From contig AP026151.1 of assembly GCA_030295235.1 (NCBI GenBank), positions 124,001 to 188,000 on the forward strand: a stretch of DNA of 64,000 bases, in the 5' to 3' direction. The position numbers and the translations under genes are program-made. Shown here piece after piece: positions 1 to 12,337 of this stretch (positions are counted from its first letter, which is position 1; every line of letters starts with the position of its first letter). The notes under the pieces were generated by a model. It searched no databases and was not told where the DNA came from. It worked only from the letters and a program-made list of their open reading frames with translations. Source of the stretch: Fistulifera solaris (lineage: Eukaryota).

Positions 1-699
1 CTGGAACCGTTGCTTTTGGACTCTGATTAATTCCTTTTCGTGTTGCCCATACCGTCACGTTGGGCGGAGCATTGTCTCCGACTTCGCAAAAAAAAAAAGA
101 TGTGTGCTATTGCACGGTGTGAAGGGAGAGCCGTTGAGAGGCCGGCTGGCGTGGCCGGCAGGCGTTTGCTTATTCGCTTTCGAGTTACACGTGGAAGTGA
201 CGTCATGGGGGTATCGTCATGAGTGGGGACATCCGTAGGTCCCCTAAAGTCGTTGCACGGTTGAGTGCTATTTGTTTGAAGAAAAATGAATGAACTCGGT
301 GCGACGGTCATTCCTACGATGTGACACACACATTGTGGGCGTATGCGAAAAACTTAGACGTGGATACTGAAAGCCCAATGACAACACGAAAGAACACAAC
401 TACGTACAGTATTTCTATATTTATCAATACCGTTTGACGCTGGATCGCTACTGGAAAATTGAAGTTTGATAAAGAAATAATAGGAAATAGTATCAGGTTT
501 TTATCGGAAGAGTTTTCGTCACAGTAGACAGTTGTCGTGCGAATTTGTCCGAAGTCCGAAATTTTGAAACTCAACGGTCACAACGGCGCACCTCGGGGAC
601 AAAAAGAAAAACGAAAAAATATTGCCACCCAAGAAGGAAAACACAACAACAATAGGATTCGAGAGCCTTGCTTTGCTAACAACCACTTCCTCAATCAAC

Positions 700-2232
700 A
701 TGACTTGGTATTCGTTTCTCAGTATATCAATAGCTATAATAGCAGTGAGTTTGCTCGCACCAAGCAGTCTCACTGTGGTCGTTTCAGCACAAGAAGTACA
801 ACAACCGACCTACGATTGTCGAACCGGCTGTAGTTTGGATGCCAACATCAATGGACCTCCTGTGTGCGGCATCGATCAACTGACTTATTTGAATGAATGT
901 TTAGCGGTGTGTCAAAACGTGGCGATCGTACATTACGGTCCGTGCAATCAAGATGGTTCGATTTCCGAAAGTGAGCTCTCCACCGATTCAGAGGTAGTTA
1001 CGATGGAGCTCATGACACGATTTATATCACGAGGATATCGTTTCGTGTCGAAAAACACCAGATTTCTGAGTCAGCCGGAGAATATAGAAGAGTCGGTTGT
1101 TGTGAGTGCGGCCGAAAGCGCGAGTGTTGGGGCTGTGGAAGACATTGAGCCGTATTTCGTTTTATTCACTCCCGATGGATATGAATACGCTTATCGTGCC
1201 ACCGACTCGTTGCCTTCGTATCCTGGACCGACACCGTTGTATATGGGAATGCAACAGCTACGGGAACGTAACTTAGCTATCATCGGTGCCGACACGCGAA
1301 CGGCCATCACGAATACTCGAGCCTATCCGTATCGGACGATCGGCGAGGCCGACTTTGGTACGCTCGAAGGCGGCTGCACGTTAACCATGATTTCGCGCAA
1401 TGCAGCAATCACAGCTGGGCACTGTGTTTACAATTTTCAAAACAAAGTTCCTATTCAAATGAAACGCATTGCGCCAGGGAGATATAGAGACAGTTCCGGA
1501 AACACGGTAGAACCCTTTGGTACCTGGGAAGTGGAAACGATGCAAACTTTTGGGCAATTCAAAGCACAGGGAAATATGACATTCGATTTGGCAGTAGTGA
1601 CGTTTGCACCAGAGACACGCGACAACATGCAGAATTGTCCATACGTCTATCCTGGAGATGTCGTTGGGTTCCTTTCATTAGATAGAGCTCAAACCAGCGG
1701 AGGGCGCGTCAGTGATAGTCGACTCGCGTCTTCCACTATTACCGGATACCCTGCAGACTTTCCGAATGGTGTAATGGCAACATCAGGAACGTGCTCCAAA
1801 GGTAGGTCATATTTTCGGGGACGAGTACGTTTAGCTTTGACCGTAATACCGATATCCTCATTCTTCGCATTCTCTCAAGCATGGCATTCTGATCACGAAC
1901 ATTTTGCCTACCATTACTGCGATACGTTTGGTGGGAATTCCGGGTCAGCAGTGATCACGAGTGGAAATGTTGTAATAGGAGAGCACGCGTATGGCTTCTA
2001 CGACAAGAATAACGTCGCTTTGAACAACGGAGCCGTAATGCTGACAGGTCAGCTGTATGACTCTGTTTATGATTGGGCGGGCTTAGGAATATCACAAGAA
2101 GCTTGTGGATTTATTGCGGGCCCCGAGCCTAGTGCCGATTGTGCGTGTACGAAGTTTGAGGACCGATGGTTTATTCAGACCGTATGCTTTATTTTAAATC
2201 GCGACACTTGTTTCCGGAGAAATAATAAATAG
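700..2232 (+). CDS. Secreted serine protease (trypsin/V8-like) with N-terminal Kazal-type domain; probable intron 1802-1879
   Basis: ATG at 700 followed by a hydrophobic signal peptide; Kazal pattern PVCGIDQLTYLNECLAVC...GPC; catalytic motifs TAGHC, FDLAV, DTFGGNSGS; 78-nt GT..AG in-frame intron. Confidence 0.85.
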   Translation: MTWYSFLSISIAIIAVSLLAPSSLTVVVSAQEVQQPTYDCRTGCSLDANINGPPVCGIDQLTYLNECLAVCQNVAIVHYGPCNQDGSISESELSTDSEVVTMELMTRFISRGYRFVSKNTRFLSQPENIEESVVVSAAESASVGAVEDIEPYFVLFTPDGYEYAYRATDSLPSYPGPTPLYMGMQQLRERNLAIIGADTRTAITNTRAYPYRTIGEADFGTLEGGCTLTMISRNAAITAGHCVYNFQNKVPIQMKRIAPGRYRDSSGNTVEPFGTWEVETMQTFGQFKAQGNMTFDLAVVTFAPETRDNMQNCPYVYPGDVVGFLSLDRAQTSGGRVSDSRLASSTITGYPADFPNGVMATSGTCSKGRSYFRGRVRLALTVIPISSFFAFSQAWHSDHEHFAYHYCDTFGGNSGSAVITSGNVVIGEHAYGFYDKNNVALNNGAVMLTGQLYDSVYDWAGLGISQEACGFIAGPEPSADCACTKFEDRWFIQTVCFILNRDTCFRRNNK

Positions 2233-3673
2233 AATGCTGAGCAAAGCGGCACACTCGATACATTTTGCATTGCACATATCATACGGCTTTCGGCCCGACT
2301 TCTTCTTACAAAATGCCAAATAGAGTTAGGCAAGACTGTGTCCCTCTTCGTGCGACAAGTCATAAGAAGTTAACAACTGCATTGAATGCATCTTATTCAA
2401 ATTTCCTTTCCTTGCTTTTATTGATTCAACAGCAATGTTGTAATCGCTCAAAGTATGACGTGCTCACGTCACGAAAATGCTTTTTCTCAGATTTTCTGTC
2501 AACTTAAAGAAACCAAATTGGACAAAATTTTCCGCCTGGTTCAAAATAAAGCATTCGCATTTTATTGTGTTCGAACCAAGACACGGATCAAAGAGATGGT
2601 GTAGATTGATTGGTAGCCACCGCAATATGCAAGAGATAAAAATATCGACCTTTTTTGTGTTGATGATTCCGAGCAAAACTGCTGATGATTGACTCTTCAT
2701 CAATACTCACTCTAAAAAGTGACATTCTTTGTTGGCATGAGCATCTTGCTAGAATAGTAGGCAGTATTAGCAGCGAAATACTTTGACTTAAATGTTCGAA
2801 GTCTCCTCTTATCAACTTATCCAGGACTGCATTGCAGTCATGAGTCGAAAACGATCATTGTTGCCGAGCGGTACTCACGACCGTTATAACCAACATAAAG
2901 CATTACAGCCGATTTTTACTATTATTTAATATGTGACCATTGTTTTTGAGCGGCACTCAGGAGCGTTATAAAGTAACATAAAACATGACAGTAAACTGGC
3001 AGCACCTCCTCATTTTCTCTCAATCAGAGATCTCAGATCTCTCAACAGATAATCTCAAAAGTTTTACCTCTTTGTTGCAAATGAGAAAATTGAGAACTTA
3101 GCGTAATTGCTTCCTTTCCCTCTTACAGAACCAATAATCCATCACTAGCTAGAGGTGTTGCCTAGTAGATCACGCAGATTAGCAAGTCACCACCTGAGCG
3201 GATGATCGAATTGCAACTACGAGCAATTTGCTCGATGGCGGTGCGGGGAGAGTCATATACGTACCAAATACTTCGAACACTTTTGGAATCTGGGAAAATT
3301 AAATACGGAAAACGACTGCCAGTTCGGATTTTCTTTGACTTGATTATGCCGGCTGCCAGAACACCGTAACTCTGTTTTACTATAGGTCAGAGTGTATGTT
3401 ACTGTATTAACGACTGCATTTCAGTCATGAGTCAAATACGAGAAGATGCTTTTATATACTCCGGAGTACAAAAAAAATGATACATCCATGCAAACATTGA
3501 CACATTCAAACTTCATTCGATATCGTACGAAGTCGTAATCAAACACCAACGCGTAGCACGATATCTCAATTAAAGATCGCTCTCGAATCGATTCATCGGT
3601 TTTCGTGTTGGAAAGTAGTATTTTACGCATTTCCTTGGTATTAAGTAATGTGACAATCTCTCTATTAGTTGGA

Positions 3674-4876
3674 TTAAGCAATGGTGGTCTTTGTACACAT
3701 GGAATGAAGGAACAACAAACATAGAAAAAGTGTCGTGAAGTATTGGCATGACTGATCTAATGGACACAACGGAACGGCACACGAAAGCAGGAAGTGTGCT
3801 TCTCTAAACCTTTCCAAGAGCCACATGCCGACATGGCCGGGGACGAGGTTTTCGTAACTCTTGAGTCGGAAACCTTTCGCGTTGCCTAATTGATTGTGGA
3901 TGTTTCGTTGGTATTCGAGAACGTAAGGTTCACCCGCGAGCATCGATGGAGATGGCTCGTAGTCGGTGGTAATGTCGATAACGGCGAGAAGCGCTCCTTT
4001 CTGCAACAATCGATTGCTTTCCGCGACAATTTTCTCTCGTCCTTCCAATGGGATTTCGTGAAAGCCGTACATGATTGTCACGAGATCGTATGACGCTTCA
4101 GGAAGTTCGGTCTGTTCAGCATTGACTTGCTTGAATCGTAGTTGCTTCTCGGTTTCCTCGACTCTTGATGGTTGCGATCCAAACCACATACGCGGATCGA
4201 ATTTGCTGCGCATCAGTTGTTTCGCCGACGAAATGTGTCCCACCATGAAGTCAGCCATAGAAACCATTTCCGCCGATGTATCGACACCAATGATCGACTG
4301 TGCCTTGGGAAAATTCGCATATAGTTCTCGTGTCGAAGTACCCACACCACAACATAGATCCACAATCTTGGCTTGATCGGGAACCATTTCTGCGAGACGA
4401 CCGCAAACCTAAGCGTGCAAGAGTGACGGTAAGGTAGGTGAGTGTCATGGCCTATGCGATAGAATCATCTTCTTCTTTTAGTTCATACGTACCTGCTTTC
4501 GAACATTGACTCCATCGTAGGCCACAAAGTCAATGAGTTTGGTGACTCCAATGGCCATGGCGGCATGCAGAGCACCGGTCGGGCCGGTATTGCCGAGACT
4601 GTGAATGCGTTGATCGAACCAGTATTCACGGCATGTCATTGCTGCCGATTGAGAATCGTCTTGGTCTTTCGTACGCAACTTGGGTAGTAGGGAAGGATGA
4701 ATGCCCGTAATCGAAGCCTTATTGTAATAGTGATCGTGTTCAATCATGGCTCCTTGTAAAGGTCGGCCTTGTTCTTTTCGAATGACTGGTTTGTTGGGTT
4801 CAAAAGCGGTCACATGATAGTGACAGGTCGTCGCGAGCAAAGCTCCAAAAGTAAGAATAGAGAATGATGTTTTCAT
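3674..4876 (-). CDS. SAM-dependent methyltransferase (UbiE/COQ5-like fold) with signal peptide; intron 4409-4492; 3' end uncertain
   Basis: Motif I IVDLCCGVGTS, GVDTSAEM, YDLVTIMYGFHE; splicing joins KQ|VCGRLAEMVPD in frame. Confidence 0.8.
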
Positions 4877-6265
4877 GTTGCTTGGGTCTGTGTATCGCTT
4901 TTGTGTTGTGAGGAAAAGGAAATAGGCGATTATAAGATCCAATGATGGAAATTATATCAAAAAGTCACGAAGAACAAAGCAATGATCGATTTCAAAGAAC
5001 AATTCTCAAACGAAGGGATTCGAACGCGAATGGAATAGAATGAAACAGACCAGCCAATGAGAAGGTTCAACCCGAGATGACTTACCTTGATTCGCTATCA
5101 ATTCAGAACTGTTTCGAGTTATCCATCAACAAGAAATGACATTTATGTTCTCGTTTTTGCTCTCACACCGAAGGAATTCTTTCCAAATGGTGCCATCATC
5201 CATCAAACCGAACATCAAAAAAAAAGAAGAAGAGAAAAAGGCGCGAGCGTCTCACGAATGGACGAGACGAGATGTCTGGGCCAATGAGTACGATCTTCTC
5301 TGTTTCTGCCGTGGACGCATTGGGCCCGGTACACTAGCGTCCATACTGTACTTTGGAATGTGGTGTAGACTGTAAATGTGATTTCCAGTTTGGTACTAAG
5401 GTAAACTTCGGAAATGCTGAGTCATTCGGAAACCGTGTCATCAGCCCCTTTCCCGGTTGCCGTTGTCATTTGTCATTGCCGTAATCCGTAATCCGTACCA
5501 GTACAAGTGTAATACTCCGCGCTGGTTTCACAAGTCAGCTGTCGGATTTAGTGCCGGTTTCACAGTTGACACGCACACTCGCGGATGAAGCGGCACCCAC
5601 GGGCTCAAGAGAGAACGCTGTGAAGTTTATGGAGTGCGAAGGAAAAGGTGATGTTGTGAGTGTTGTTGAACAACGACCAAAAATCAATAGAGATGAAAAG
5701 AACGAAATCGAGAGAGGAACCTCAATATTCAAAGCATCGATGACGACGCGATGCATTTGAATCTTGTCACATCGACTAACACGCGTCACTCACCTCTGCT
5801 AATGTTTCGCTGGCGCGGATTTCCCAGCTAGAAAGCTCCAATGCAGTTGAACATTAGATGCCATGTTCTCATCGGGCACTTCATGACCAACAACGCTTGA
5901 TTGTTGTCCAGAAGCTGTCTTTTCAAAAATATTGAGAAAGATGGGCTTCTTTGAAACGAAAGTCGATTGAAAAAGATCATGGATTAACGATAGCGCTAAT
6001 GGAGGAATACCACGAATTACCGTGTCAAGTGGTGTGACGTGTGACGGCACAAGACTTCTTTCAAGCCTTATATCCTGTTTCCTGTATATCGTATTATGTT
6101 AGCCGCTTTCCGTTGGGCTTGACAGAATGCTTCCATCCGTCCATCCGCCATCACAAAAAACGACGTCTTTCATTTTCTCACAACATCATCGTCTTTCTTC
6201 ATAATTCACTCCTTGGAAAGAAACAAACAAATAACATCCATTTAGTAACTCGAAAAGAAACACAG

Positions 6266-7958
6266 ATGAACTCCGACGCTTTTACTGTTGATACAGTGGA
6301 AGAGAAAAAGACCACCGATCACGAAGACAACCTGTCATTGTTGTTCCGCGAAGAGCACGACTTGATTGGGGACGAACTCGTCCCCATCGATGCTTATTAC
6401 GGTATACAAACACTTCGTGCGATGCGCAACTTTGATATCACCGGAGTTCCTATTTCACATTTCCCACAGCTAATCCGTGCACTGGCCATGGTCAAAAAAA
6501 GCAGCGGCGCTCGCGAATATGGAATTGGGTCATTTGTCGAAACGAAAAGGCAACGCGATTGTTGCGGCGTGCGATGAAGTCATTGAAGGAATACTGCACG
6601 ATCAGTTTCTCGTCGATCTGATTCAAGGAGGAGCTGGGACTTCGACGAACATGAATATGAATGAAGTCATCGCCAATCGAGGATTGGAGATCATGGGCTA
6701 CAAAAGGGCGAGTATCATCACTTGCATCCCAACAATGATGTGAACATGTCGCAGTCGACGAATGATGTGTATCCTACAGCGGCACGTCTGGCGATGGTGT
6801 TTAGCGATGATCCCCTCATCGAGGCTGTCGCGAGATTGCGAAAGGCCTTGGATGAAAAAGCAGAAGAATTTGATCATGTGCTCAAACTTGGACGAACGCA
6901 ATTGCAAGATGCCGTGCCAATGACACTCGGCCAAGAATTCCATGGATGGAGTGTAACATTGGGAAAGGACATGCAGAGTATGCAAGAATTAGCACATGAG
7001 TTCTCCGCTGTCAATTAAGGAGGGACCGCCATCGGAACCGGCCTCAATACAGACCCGAAGTACATTTCCTTGGTCATGAAGAAACTGCAACAAGTGACGG
7101 GTGTCAATGTCGTGAGTTCCAGTGATCTGATCGAAGCGACATCGGACATGGGAGACTTTATTACTTTTTCAGGTTTGCTACGCCGTCTTGCCGTCAAATT
7201 GTCGAAGATTGCCAACGATCTCCGCCTCTTGTCGAGTGGACCTCGTGGTGGTTTCAATGATATCAACCTTCCCGCCATGCAGCCTGGATCGTCCATCATG
7301 CCAGGAAAAGGTACGTATGTTTTAAAGTTACGAATTTATGACTCTATTTTTACTAACACAACACGGTTTATCTTTTGCAACAGTCAACCCCGTCATTCCC
7401 GAGGCAGTCAATCAGACAGCGTTTCAAGTGATTGGAAATGACTTGGCCATCACCATGGCGGCCGAAGCGGGTCAATTGCAGCTCAATGCTATGGAACCCG
7501 TCATAATCTACAATCTGCTGTCTAGTTTGCGCATGTTGACGAATGCGTGTGACATGTTCACCGAGCGTTGTATCAAAGGGATTACCGCCAATGTTGACAA
7601 ATGCGAAAAGATGGTTCGCGACAGTATTGGTATCGTAACGGCATTTTCACCGTTCATTGGGTACGAAAAGTCTTCGCAGTTGGCAAAACAAGCTTTACAG
7701 ACCGGTCGGAGTGTTGTGGACATGATCAAGGAAGAAAAGCTGTTGGACGAAGAGAAGATTGAAAACATCATGCGCCCGGCGAATTTGACCGGACCTAGCT
7801 CGCTGTTTAGCGAATCCCAATTGAAAACAGTTGACGAGACGGGTACGCATCTTCGTCACAGCTCCTTTGCAGACTTTCGTGCTTTGGAGAACGAAACGAA
7901 AGGTGCTGCAGCACACCTTCGTTACTATTCGTTGGCCGATCTGAGCGCCATCCAGTAA
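6266..7958 (+). CDS. aspA: Aspartate ammonia-lyase (aspartase/fumarase superfamily); two frameshifts (~6495, ~6705), in-frame TAA at 7016, intron 7311-7383
   Basis: [77 protein letters not shown] spread over consecutive ORFs. Confidence 0.9.
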
Positions 7959-8349
7959 TCTGAAAAAGGTATTGCGAAGCAAAATCGAAAGTCCAATGTA
8001 TGGCTTTCACATGAATAAGTTAGATAATTACAGAACTAGAATAAAAAAAGAATAGACAAGCACAAATTACAATAAAATCGAGAGTTTATGCAACTCAAAG
8101 GTCGCTTTTTGTGGAGTGGACCGTCAAAACCTACCAGAAACAGTGATTTATTAAGAGTTAAACATAGTGTAAATGAAGGTTTTTCTGAAATTCTAATATT
8201 TTTTAAAACCTGTTCATCTCAAAATAATGATTCGAAGGCTATCTATGATTTAGTATAGCTCAAAGTGTAAGAGACGTTTTGCCATGAGCCATGACTGATT
8301 TGCCGTCTTTAAACACGAACTAGCGCCGCGCTTATTCATCGCAATGTTG

Positions 8350-8640
8350 GTTCCGTTTTGCGTCTCTCGCAACTGTCCATTGTCATTCGACTGCAAATAT
8401 AATTATTAAAATTACGGGTAAGTAAAGTCGCAACAATAATGATTCTGACCTACTTGTTAAGAGTTTCTTTTATTTTCACGTCGAATATTCCGAGGATCGA
8501 CACCTTGAATTTTTACTATGAAACGGAGTGTCGGTTTACGCCAGCCAAGACTGAATTGTACAGAAGTCATGAAACGAACAACAAAGGGATCCATTTGGCG
8601 TCTCTCGCATCCGTCCATTGTCATTCAACTGCGAATATGA
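8350..8640 (+). repeat. ~240-bp repeat unit (about 1.2 copies), homologous to 10224-10557
   Basis: Shares gcgtctctcgca...ctacttgttaagagtttcttttattttcacgt...ggatcgacacc...actatgaaacggagtgt...agtcatgaaacgaacaacaaaggg with 10224-10557. Confidence 0.9.
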
Positions 8641-8660
8641 TTCTTCACCTAATCCAAATT

Positions 8661-9080
8661 ATCTAAACTTCTCGTAGACCTTCTGTACGACCCAATACAC
8701 CGGGTCCAGAAATTCTGGACCATCCACAGAATTTCTGTGTGACCGAACACCGATTCCAGAATTTCTGGAACATAAGAAAATGTTACCTAAAACCCAAACA
8801 CCGATACCAGAATTTCAGCAACGTGCGCAAACGCTCTATGTGACGCAAAGCACCTTATCAAAAAGTATCTGGAAGTCTCGCAGAATTTCTGCACGACCCA
8901 AAACACCGATTCCAGAATTTCTGGAAAATGCGCAAAATCATTGTCTGACGGAAAGTCCCGATCCTAACATTTCTGAAACGTGCACAGAATCTATGTGTCA
9001 CCTCAATCACCTGATCGAAAATATCTAAACTTCTCGCAGACCTTCTGTACGACCCAATACACCAACTGTCCACAGAATTG
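8661..9080. repeat. Degenerate copy of the CCAGAATTTCTGG palindromic satellite, bounded by a ~41-bp direct repeat (8661-8701, 9023-9063)
   Basis: Recurring caccgattccagaatttctggaa units; atctaaacttctcg(t/c)agaccttctgtacgacccaatacacc occurs twice. Confidence 0.8.
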
Positions 9081-9233
9081 GGCATGCCCTTGTATTTTGC
9101 ACTCCAAGGAAGCCTCAAGAAAAACCAGCAGTGCCCACGACAACACGAGTGATAGACCACCGAGAGATTGTTGCTTCTCGCTACTTGCTTACTACATGTG
9201 GCGGGCTGCCGACATGCCATTGCTGGAGAGCAC

Positions 9234-10016
9234 TCAAGTAGAAACGCGAATGAAACTGGAGCCGCGTTTCTGAAAGTGCTGGTGTTCCTCCACAATCGGT
9301 TGTTTCGTCGTTGAAACGAAAAGTAACAAGAGTGGCAAGCCTACAACACCATTTAAGTCAAAGCGAACACGACGTGTGTCAATCCGTAGTTTTTTCAATA
9401 ATAACAAATCAGGCATTTTTTCCATTCTTAATCCGCGACGAACGTTTACATTCATCGTTTGATTATCAACGGAATGAAAGTCCTCCAAGCGGAAAAATTG
9501 CAAAGCGGCGGAAATGGTTGGTTCAACTTCTGCAAAAAGAACTGTTTCGTTCCATACGTTCCTCACCAAATGCTCGCAATGCGTCACCAAATCAGCAGCG
9601 ACTCCTCCCTTTTGACGGAATGCTTCCTCAACACAGATCAGACCAATCGTAGGTCGCTTTTCGGAACGGGCTCCGTTATTGATCCCGACTCCTGCCATCC
9701 CTATGACCCGACCGAGCTCCTTAGCAACAAATAGATTATACTTTTTGCCTCGCATGCGTTTCGCCGTTTGTGTGTATTGACGGAATGTGTTAGCCTCTGT
9801 CAATGCTTGCTCATGCAGTGACCAGCGCAGTTTGTCGATGCCATTACGTCGAGGGGAATCGAATGTTTGCACGAGCAATTGCACCAATTCTTTCCATTCG
9901 TTGTTGTGTCGGGGTGGCGTAATGTACCATGCGAAGGCAACCTTCTTGACGATGATGAGCGCTGCCAGCGAAGACATAAAGCGCCATCTTTCCATATCAT
10001 GGATCTTCGAATGCAA
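9234..10016 (-). CDS. GNAT-family N-acetyltransferase (start and C-terminus uncertain)
   Basis: LFVAKELGRVIGMA, IGLICVEEAFRQKGGVA (acetyl-CoA motif A), ALQFF. Confidence 0.7.
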   Translation of the reverse strand: MHSKIHDMERWRFMSSLAALIIVKKVAFAWYITPPRHNNEWKELVQLLVQTFDSPRRNGIDKLRWSLHEQALTEANTFRQYTQTAKRMRGKKYNLFVAKELGRVIGMAGVGINNGARSEKRPTIGLICVEEAFRQKGGVAADLVTHCEHLVRNVWNETVLFAEVEPTISAALQFFRLEDFHSVDNQTMNVNVRRGLRMEKMPDLLLLKKLRIDTRRVRFDLNGVVGLPLLLLFVSTTKQPIVEEHQHFQKRGSSFIRVST

Positions 10017-10223
10017 ATTCCCACTTCTTCATCACATGTCAGTTGTTCTTTTGTCGAGTTAAATCAAAAAGCCGTTTTAAGGAAGATCCGATGGAGTTAA
10101 CAGCGTGTGATGAATGATGATGATCGAAGAAATAATAAAAAATCTGTGCGTTTCAAGTGGTTTTTACGTTCCCAGAAAATGTGGGAGAGTGGTTTTTCAC
10201 GTTCCCAGAAAATGTGGGAAAGC

Positions 10224-10557
10224 GGATCGACAACCTAAATTTCCACTATGAAACGGAGTGTTAATTTAGGCCAGCCAAGACTCGATTGTACAGTAGTCAT
10301 GAACCGAACAACAAAGGGTTCCGTTTCGCGTCTCTCGCATCCGTCCATTGTCATTCAACTGCGAATATTATAATTATAATCACGGGTAAATAAAGTCGCT
10401 CAATGAAATGAATCTGAACTACTTGTTAAGAGTTTCTTTTATTTTCACGTAGAAATAATCCGAGGATCGACACCTTGACTTTACTATGAAACGGAGTGTT
10501 GGTTTACGCCAGCCAAGACTGGATTGTACAGTAGTCATGAAACGAACAACAAAGGGT
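10224..10557 (+). repeat. ~240-bp repeat unit (about 1.4 tandem copies)
   Basis: ggatcgaca...aacaacaaaggg occurs twice about 240 bp apart; homologous to 8350-8640. Confidence 0.9.
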
Positions 10558-10661
10558 TTTTTCCGTGTTCCGTTTCATTTTGTTGTTGACCCGAAAGGAC
10601 AACAATGATCAATAATCCTCTACTACGTAACCTGTTACTCATCTAAATCGCTCATTAGAGG

Positions 10662-11883
10662 ATGTCATTGCTGGATCTTCCTACTGTCGTGCTTCACGCA
10701 ATCGCTTTGTACATTCCCGAAGGTGTTTCTTTATGTTACTTCGAGAGCACTTGTCGACAGACTCGGGCTGCTGTTAGAAGCACAACAGCTCCGTGGAATA
10801 TGCTCTATTGCAAACGATGGAGCTATTTGAACGGAGAGCCGCCGTTTGATCAACACGCATACGCGGCACGACATTTTAAGGATCAACGAGCTCGCAAGGT
10901 GTTTCAATATCTACTTGAGCGTTCTCTCGAGCCTTCTGAGTCCGATCCTTACCAGGTATGAAGCAATTATGGATGAGGCGGCCGCTGATGAAACAATATA
11001 TCAATTCTATGACATGTGGAAAGAAGTAATTGACGTATGTTGGGAATTTTACGATCGAGCCGTGTCGGAAAGGGAGCGTGAAATAGCCCGTACTCTATTG
11101 ACTCATCAGCAGTTTGCTTCTCTTTTAACCGAGCTCGCGCATAATGTTTCCGCACGTCATCTAAAATCTTCTCTCGATCGCATAGAAGAATGTGCTATCC
11201 GAGCAAGTTTGATAGCTTCGGAAACTGTTTATCTTAACTTTGATGACTTTGCGAGGAAAGCGATGCGAGAGCCCTTGGATCTTATAGCACAAGCAGTTCG
11301 CACACGTGTAAGCAACACCAAAAATGCTGCTCAGATTGTTGAAGCTATTAGTTAGGTGATTTTCCAAGAACAAGGGTTTTCGGCAACTTTGGTGGAAGAT
11401 TGCCGGGTTGACGATTTTATGATGCACGTTGCGTTGCAACGTAAACAAGCTCATTCTGTGACGCTCGCTCTTGTGTACCTCTGCGTAGCGCGAAGACTGA
11501 ATCTGAAACTCGACATTGTTGCTTTGCCGGGTCTTGTCTTTGTGGGCGTTCCCTCTGCAAAATGCTTTGTCGACGTGGAAAATAATGGACGCGTGCTACA
11601 AAAGAGAGATCTTGTAAGCATGTGCCATGATCGCGGCTCTCCTTTTATGGAGCATTTTGTAACTCCGGTGCCTTCCGAGGAAACTTTGGATCTTGTTTGT
11701 ACCGGAATGATGCAGGGTATTGATAACGCCGATGAGGCGGGTGAGGTGTTCAAAGAAACGACTTTGCTACGCATGCTCATGATTACACATATTAAGATGA
11801 TGGTGCGAGAACCTTACGATTCCGACAAAATCTTTGAAAAATTGTTTGAAGGCTTTGTCTCACAGATGGATATTGACTTTTGA
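10662..11883 (+). pseudogene. F-box + SirB1/Transglut_core2-like (FBXO21-like) paralog, disrupted by a frameshift (~10955) and a TAG at 11353
   Basis: MSLLDLPTVVLHAIALY F-box; ALQRKQAHSVTLALVYLCVARRL...LPG; aligns along its length to 13264-14500; TAG falls where the paralog has a Gln codon. Confidence 0.7.
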
Positions 11884-12337
11884 TAAGATTAATCGTGAAG
11901 TCCCATCACTGACGTAAAGGGGGGGAACGCATCTGTGTTGTTTAAAGTTCACGGTAAAGGTAATTACCATCTCCTACTAGAACGATCAAGCAACAACTTT
12001 GAAGAGACCAAGAACACGAAATAGATCAACTTTTGTTTTGATGGAAAAAAAACGAGATACACCGCCTTCAAAATTTCTGGAACACAGAGCTCCCGCTTTC
12101 CAAACACGCCCGCTCCAGAATATCTGGTACGAACAGAGAATTTCTGTAAGAACAAGTACTGTACAGCGGTTCCACAATATCTAAAACATTTGCAGAATTG
12201 AATTGTTGCAAGATGAAATAAATATTTACAAACACGGAAGTCTGCAATAAGAACGAAACCACTTTTCCAGATTTTCTGGAAGTAGCACGGAATTTATTTA
12301 CACGTAAACAGAATATTGGTATGCTTAACAACACAGA

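Noticed and set aside
7016..7018. Stop-codon readthrough or alternative genetic code in aspA
   Set aside because: TAA terminates other genes here normally; the site is conserved Leu and is explained by a miscall or point mutation
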